Positions 59,016 through 64,000 of a stretch of 64,000 nt of DNA are shown here, one piece after another. Below the pieces are notes generated by a model that was given only the letters and a program-made list of their open reading frames with translations, was not told the DNA's origin and ran no database searches. The stretch lies in contig JAKAPL010000001.1 of NCBI GenBank assembly GCA_021807105.1, positions 64,469-128,468 on the forward strand, given 5' to 3'. The stretch is from Myxococcales bacterium. Lineage in GTDB: Bacteria > Myxococcota > Myxococcia > Myxococcales > JAKAPL01. Numbering within the stretch: position 1 is the stretch's first letter; each line of letters begins with the position of its first letter. The position numbers and the translations under genes were made by a program.

Positions 59016-59819
59016 TCAGGGGTCCCCGAGCAGTCCTTCACGGCCGGGAGGGACACCGTCGGGCAGCGTCAGAATGGTCGGCCCTTCGGGGCCGATGGCC
59101 ACCGTATGTTCGAAATGGGCCGAGGGGCGCCGGTCCAGCGTGATCGCCGTCCAGCCGTCATCGAGGATCTCGACCTCGGGGAGACCGGCGTTGACCATCG
59201 GTTCAATCGCCAGGACCATGCCAGGCTTGAGGCGCACACCGGTGCCCTCGGTCCCGTAGTTTGGGACCTGCGGCTCCTCGTGCAGCCTGCGGCCAATGCC
59301 GTGGCCGACGAAGTCCCGGACGACGGAGAAGCCAGCGCCCTCCGCCACGCGCTGGACCGCATGTCCGATGTCGTGCAGCCGGTTGCCGGCGCGCGCGGCC
59401 CCGATCCCCGCGTGCATGGCGGCCCGCGTCGCGTCGATCAGCCGCGCCGCCTCCGGCGCCACCTGCCCCACGGGGACCGTGACCGCGGAATCCCCGTAGA
59501 AACCGCCCATGAAGACGCCGAAGTCCAGCGACACGACATCCCCTTCGCGCAGCGACCGCTGCTCGCTCGGGATGCCGTGGACGACCTCTTCGTTCACGGA
59601 GATGCACAGGGACGCGGGGAAGCCGCGGTAGCCCTTGAACGCCGGGGTCGCACCTCGACGCCGAGTCTCGTGCTCGGCCAGCCGATCGATCTCCGCGGTC
59701 GTCGCCCCGGGCCGCACCGCGGCGATCATCGCCTGGATGACCTCCCAGACGATCAACCCGGCCTGCCGCATGATGGCGAGGTCCGCGGGCCCTTTGAGCT
59801 CCGGTGCTCGCCGGCTCAT
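59016..59819 (-). CDS. map: Type I methionine aminopeptidase
   Basis: 267 aa. VVHGIP, DVVSLDFG, GHGIG, metal ligands ...AIEPM...EHTV. The ATG overlaps the adk stop (ATGA). Confidence 0.93.
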   Translation of the reverse strand: MSRRAPELKGPADLAIMRQAGLIVWEVIQAMIAAVRPGATTAEIDRLAEHETRRRGATPAFKGYRGFPASLCISVNEEVVHGIPSEQRSLREGDVVSLDFGVFMGGFYGDSAVTVPVGQVAPEAARLIDATRAAMHAGIGAARAGNRLHDIGHAVQRVAEGAGFSVVRDFVGHGIGRRLHEEPQVPNYGTEGTGVRLKPGMVLAIEPMVNAGLPEVEILDDGWTAITLDRRPSAHFEHTVAIGPEGPTILTLPDGVPPGREGLLGDP

Positions 59820-60460
59820 CCGGACACGATCCGCGCGAGCTGCGCCGCGACCTCGTCGGGGCTGCCGCTTCCGTCCAGCTCGTGCAACCGGCCGCGCCCG
59901 CGATAGTAAGCCTTGAGAGGTTCGGTCTTCGTCCGGTACTCCGCCATCCGGCGCCGGATCTGTTCGGGCTGGTCGTCCGGCCGCTGCACCAGCCTCGTGC
60001 CGTCCCGATCGCACAGGCCGCCGGTCTTCGGCGGGGCGCTCACCAGGTGGTAGGCCGCGCCACAGGTGGGACAGCTCCGGCGCGAGGTGTTGCGCGCGAC
60101 CACGACCTCGTCCGCGACGTCGAGGGCCACGACGGAATCGATCCGCGCTCCCGCGGCCGCGAGCATCTTCTCCAGCGCCTCGGCCTGGGGGACCGTCCGC
60201 GGGAAACCGTCCAGGACGAAACCGCGCCGGCAGTCCGGGGCGTCGATTCGCTCGCGAATAATATCGACGACGAGCTCGTCGGGGACGAGCTCGCCGCGGT
60301 CCATGTAGCCTTCCGCCTCGCGCCCCAGCTTCGAGCCATCCCGCACCGCGGCCCGGAGGATGTCTCCCGTGGAGACGTGAGCCAGTCCGAACCGCTCGAC
60401 GAGACGTTTGGCCTGGGTACCCTTGCCTGCGCCCGGGGGACCGAGGAGGATGACGTTCAT
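59816..60460 (-). CDS. adk: Adenylate kinase (Zn-lid type)
   Basis: MNVILLGPPGAGKGTQA...STGD.LR, with a lid C..CG...H / C.......RPDD. Confidence 0.95.
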   Translation of the reverse strand: MNVILLGPPGAGKGTQAKRLVERFGLAHVSTGDILRAAVRDGSKLGREAEGYMDRGELVPDELVVDIIRERIDAPDCRRGFVLDGFPRTVPQAEALEKMLAAAGARIDSVVALDVADEVVVARNTSRRSCPTCGAAYHLVSAPPKTGGLCDRDGTRLVQRPDDQPEQIRRRMAEYRTKTEPLKAYYRGRGRLHELDGSGSPDEVAAQLARIVSG

Positions 60461-60478
60461 CGAAGGCCTTGGCTTCCT

Positions 60479-61807
<1,329 letters not shown>

Positions 61808-61808
61808 C

Positions 61809-62252
61809 TCAGATCACCTCTGCCTTCCCGCCCGCCTGCTCGATCTTCTCCTTCGCCGAGCGGGTGAAGCGGTGCGCACGCACCGTCAGCGCCCTGTCGA
61901 GCGCCCCGTCCCCCAGGATCTTGATCCCGCTCATCAACTTGCCAACCAAGCCCGCCTGCGTCAGGGCCTCCGGGTCGACGACGGCTCCGGCCGGGAAGCG
62001 GGTCAGGTCTACAACGTTGACGATCGCGAACTCCTTCCGGAACGGGTTCTTGAAGCCGAACTTCGGCAAGCGGCGCTGCAGCGGCATCTGGCCGCCCTCG
62101 AAGCCGCCGAAGTGCATGTTGCCGCTCCGGGCCTTCTGTCCCTTGCCGCCGCGCCCGGCGGTCTTGCCCAGCCCCGAGCCCTGGCCGCGGCCGACGCGCT
62201 TGCGGGGACGCGACGATCCTCGCGGGGCCTTCAGGTTGGAAAGCGTGGTCAC
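61809..62252 (-). CDS. rplO: 50S ribosomal protein L15
   Basis: ...[26 protein letters not shown]... GTG overlaps the L30 stop (GTGA). Confidence 0.94.
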   Translation of the reverse strand: MTTLSNLKAPRGSSRPRKRVGRGQGSGLGKTAGRGGKGQKARSGNMHFGGFEGGQMPLQRRLPKFGFKNPFRKEFAIVNVVDLTRFPAGAVVDPEALTQAGLVGKLMSGIKILGDGALDRALTVRAHRFTRSAKEKIEQAGGKAEVI

Positions 62253-62503
62253 GTCGTAGCTCCTTTCGGCTGGCCGCCCGGAGAAGAACCGGCTGGGCCG
62301 GAACGGCGCGAAACGAAGGTCCCCTCCAGGCGTCGGACCTCCACCAAGTGGCCGACCTTGCGCACCATTCCCAGGATGGCCGGCGTATCCGGCAGCACCT
62401 TCCGGTCGTTGATCTTGCCGAGCCCGAGGCCAGCCAACGTTCGCCTCTGGCGCTCAGGTCTCCCGGCCCAGCTCTTCACCAGCGTCACTTCGAGTACCGA
62501 CAT
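62249..62503 (-). CDS. rpmD: 50S ribosomal protein L30 (with a ~20-aa C-terminal extension)
   Basis: [56 protein letters not shown], after which the ORF continues to 62249. Confidence 0.88.
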   Translation of the reverse strand: MSVLEVTLVKSWAGRPERQRRTLAGLGLGKINDRKVLPDTPAILGMVRKVGHLVEVRRLEGTFVSRRSGPAGSSPGGQPKGATT

Positions 62504-62519
62504 CCCTCTCTCCTCGTCT

Positions 62520-63029
62520 CTAGCCCGCGCGGGCGGGCAGGATCTCCGCGAGTTCCTTGCCCCGCAGGCGGGCGTGCTGCTCGGGGCTGCGGATCTGCCG
62601 CAGGCCGTCGACCGTCGCCCGGATCACGTTGTGGGGGTTACGGGAGCCCTGCGACTTCGTCAGGACGTTCCGGATTCCGACCGCCTCGAGCACGGCGCGC
62701 ACCGCGCCCCCGGCAATGACGCCGGTGCCTTCGCCCGCCGGCTTCAGGAGGACCTGCCCGGCGCCATAATGGCCCAAGACCTCGTGGGGGATCGTCGAAC
62801 CGGAGAGCGGCACCTCGAACAGGTGCTTCTTCGCCTGCTCCCCGCCCTTGCGAATCGCCTCGGGGACCTCGTTCGCCTTGCCCAGGCCGACGCCCACCCG
62901 CCCGTTCCCGTCGCCCACGACCACCAAGGCGGAGAAGCTGAAGCGCCGGCCGCCCTTGACGACCTTCGCGACGCGGTTGATGTGGACGACTCGGTCGGTC
63001 AGCTCGGACTCGCTGCTGCTGTTCGTCAT
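62520..63029 (-). CDS. rpsE: 30S ribosomal protein S5
   Basis: [43 protein letters not shown] 63029 (GGAG 9 nt upstream) is preferred over TTG 63035. Confidence 0.94.
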   Translation of the reverse strand: MTNSSSESELTDRVVHINRVAKVVKGGRRFSFSALVVVGDGNGRVGVGLGKANEVPEAIRKGGEQAKKHLFEVPLSGSTIPHEVLGHYGAGQVLLKPAGEGTGVIAGGAVRAVLEAVGIRNVLTKSQGSRNPHNVIRATVDGLRQIRSPEQHARLRGKELAEILPARAG

Positions 63030-63041
63030 CGGCAAAGACTC

Positions 63042-63398
63042 CTAGAACTTCAGGCCCGCCTCGCGGGCGCCATCGGCGACCGCGGCGACGCGGCCATGGT
63101 ACTCGAATCCGTCTCGATCGAAGACGACCTTCTCGATCGACTTCGCGAGGCATGCCCGCGCGATCCGCTCGCCCACCCCCTTGGCCGCCGCGGTCTTGGT
63201 CTTCTTCTGCTCCGCCGGCGCGCCGACCGTGGAGGCCGCTGCGAGCGTCACCCCTCGGCCGTCGTCGATCACCTGGGCGTACATATGCTTGAGCGATCGG
63301 TAGACGGAGAGCCTCGGCCGCTCGGCCGTCCCGGACACCACCAGGCGGACTCGCGCCTTGCGCCGCTGCCGCTTCTCCTCTTTCCTGTTCACGATCAT
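63042..63398 (-). CDS. rplR: 50S ribosomal protein L18
   Basis: 118 aa ...[20 protein letters not shown]...[29 protein letters not shown] 63398 is preceded by GAGGAG. Confidence 0.94.
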   Translation of the reverse strand: MIVNRKEEKRQRRKARVRLVVSGTAERPRLSVYRSLKHMYAQVIDDGRGVTLAAASTVGAPAEQKKTKTAAAKGVGERIARACLAKSIEKVVFDRDGFEYHGRVAAVADGAREAGLKF

Positions 63399-63426
63399 CG
63401 TAGGCTCCTCGCCGACCCGCGGATGT

Positions 63427-63984
63427 TCATGCCGCTCCCGTCTTGCCAACCTTGCGGCGGATCGTCTCCTCCGCGTACTTGATACCCTTGCCCTTATACG
63501 GCTCGGGTGGACGGAGCGCCCGCACCTTGGCGGCGGTCCGGCCGAGCAGATCCCGGTCGTGGCTTCGCAGCACGAGCTCGCCCTGCTTGTCGGCGACCTT
63601 GACCTCCCGCCACTCCGCGGCCAGCCCCTCCGGCAACGGGAAGACCACCGGGTGGGAATAGCCGAGCGAGAAATGGATGCTCCGCCCCTGGACCTCGGCC
63701 TTGAAACCGACCCCGTTGATCTCCAACACCCGCTGGAACCCCTCGGTCACCCCTCGCACCAGGTTGCCGATGAGCGACCGGGTCAGCCCATGCAACTCCC
63801 TCGTCCGGCGGGCATCGTCGGGGCGGGAGACGACGACCTGCTTGTCCGCGACGGTCACGTGCACGGGCTCCGCCACCCGTACCGACCCTTTCCCTTTCGG
63901 GCCCTCGACCCGAACGAGGTCTCCCTCGACGACGACCCGAACCTTCTCCGGGATGGTGATGGGCTGTCTTCCGATGCGTGACAT
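63427..63984 (-). CDS. rplF: 50S ribosomal protein L6
   Basis: [31 protein letters not shown]... Confidence 0.95.
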   Translation of the reverse strand: MSRIGRQPITIPEKVRVVVEGDLVRVEGPKGKGSVRVAEPVHVTVADKQVVVSRPDDARRTRELHGLTRSLIGNLVRGVTEGFQRVLEINGVGFKAEVQGRSIHFSLGYSHPVVFPLPEGLAAEWREVKVADKQGELVLRSHDRDLLGRTAAKVRALRPPEPYKGKGIKYAEETIRRKVGKTGAA

Positions 63985-64000
63985 GAATGACCTCTCGAGG

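Overview
A ~70% GC chromosomal window that looks myxobacterial (Haliangium/Polyangia-like). That assignment is an inference from gene content and from the BMC shell proteins, whose similarity to Haliangium ochraceum is judged from my recollection of those sequences, not from a search. I call about 60 protein genes and found no rRNA, tRNA or CRISPR. Left to right the window holds: ppdK, a modular lipoprotein, DUF488 and yajQ. Next come rimO and a five-gene microcompartment (BMC) locus: BMC-T, BMC-H, BMC-P, an acylating aldehyde dehydrogenase and a PduT-like BMC-T. This is followed directly by a UbiA prenyltransferase, a CruF-like membrane protein and a type-2 IPP isomerase. Then pgsA, an SLT transglycosylase, asnS and an alr-mlaE-mlaF-mlaD operon. 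Then an RCC1-repeat protein and a penicillin/AHL-acylase-family lipoprotein. Then an orphan cluster of carrier protein, adenylating ligase, AsnB-like enzyme and NadE-like enzyme. Then a pair of Cys-rich lipoproteins (one a giant 5'-nucleotidase), vanX-like and HU. Then a complete GDP-heptose cluster with a transaldolase and a GT21-like glycosyltransferase, followed by pepN, recQ and gst. The window ends with the spc/alpha ribosomal operon, rplF through rplQ, on the minus strand. Points worth a second look: (1) Family A, a ~207-bp foldback MITE with 5-bp target-site duplications, five full copies plus one relic and no transposase in the window. (2) Family B, a 188-bp near-palindromic element, with one copy wedged exactly between the mlaE stop and the mlaF start and compensatory changes in its arms. 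(3) A ~790-bp non-coding island packed with TGGCGG/CCGCCA motifs. (4) A perfectly phased 21-bp x ~21.5 tandem array that is open on both strands. (5) The HO-type BMC locus of unknown function, whose last shell gene has no canonical start in its own frame. The very long Arg/Ala/Gly/Pro-rich ORFs in the track are wrong-frame artefacts of high GC. All homology calls come from motif recognition by eye; no database search was run.
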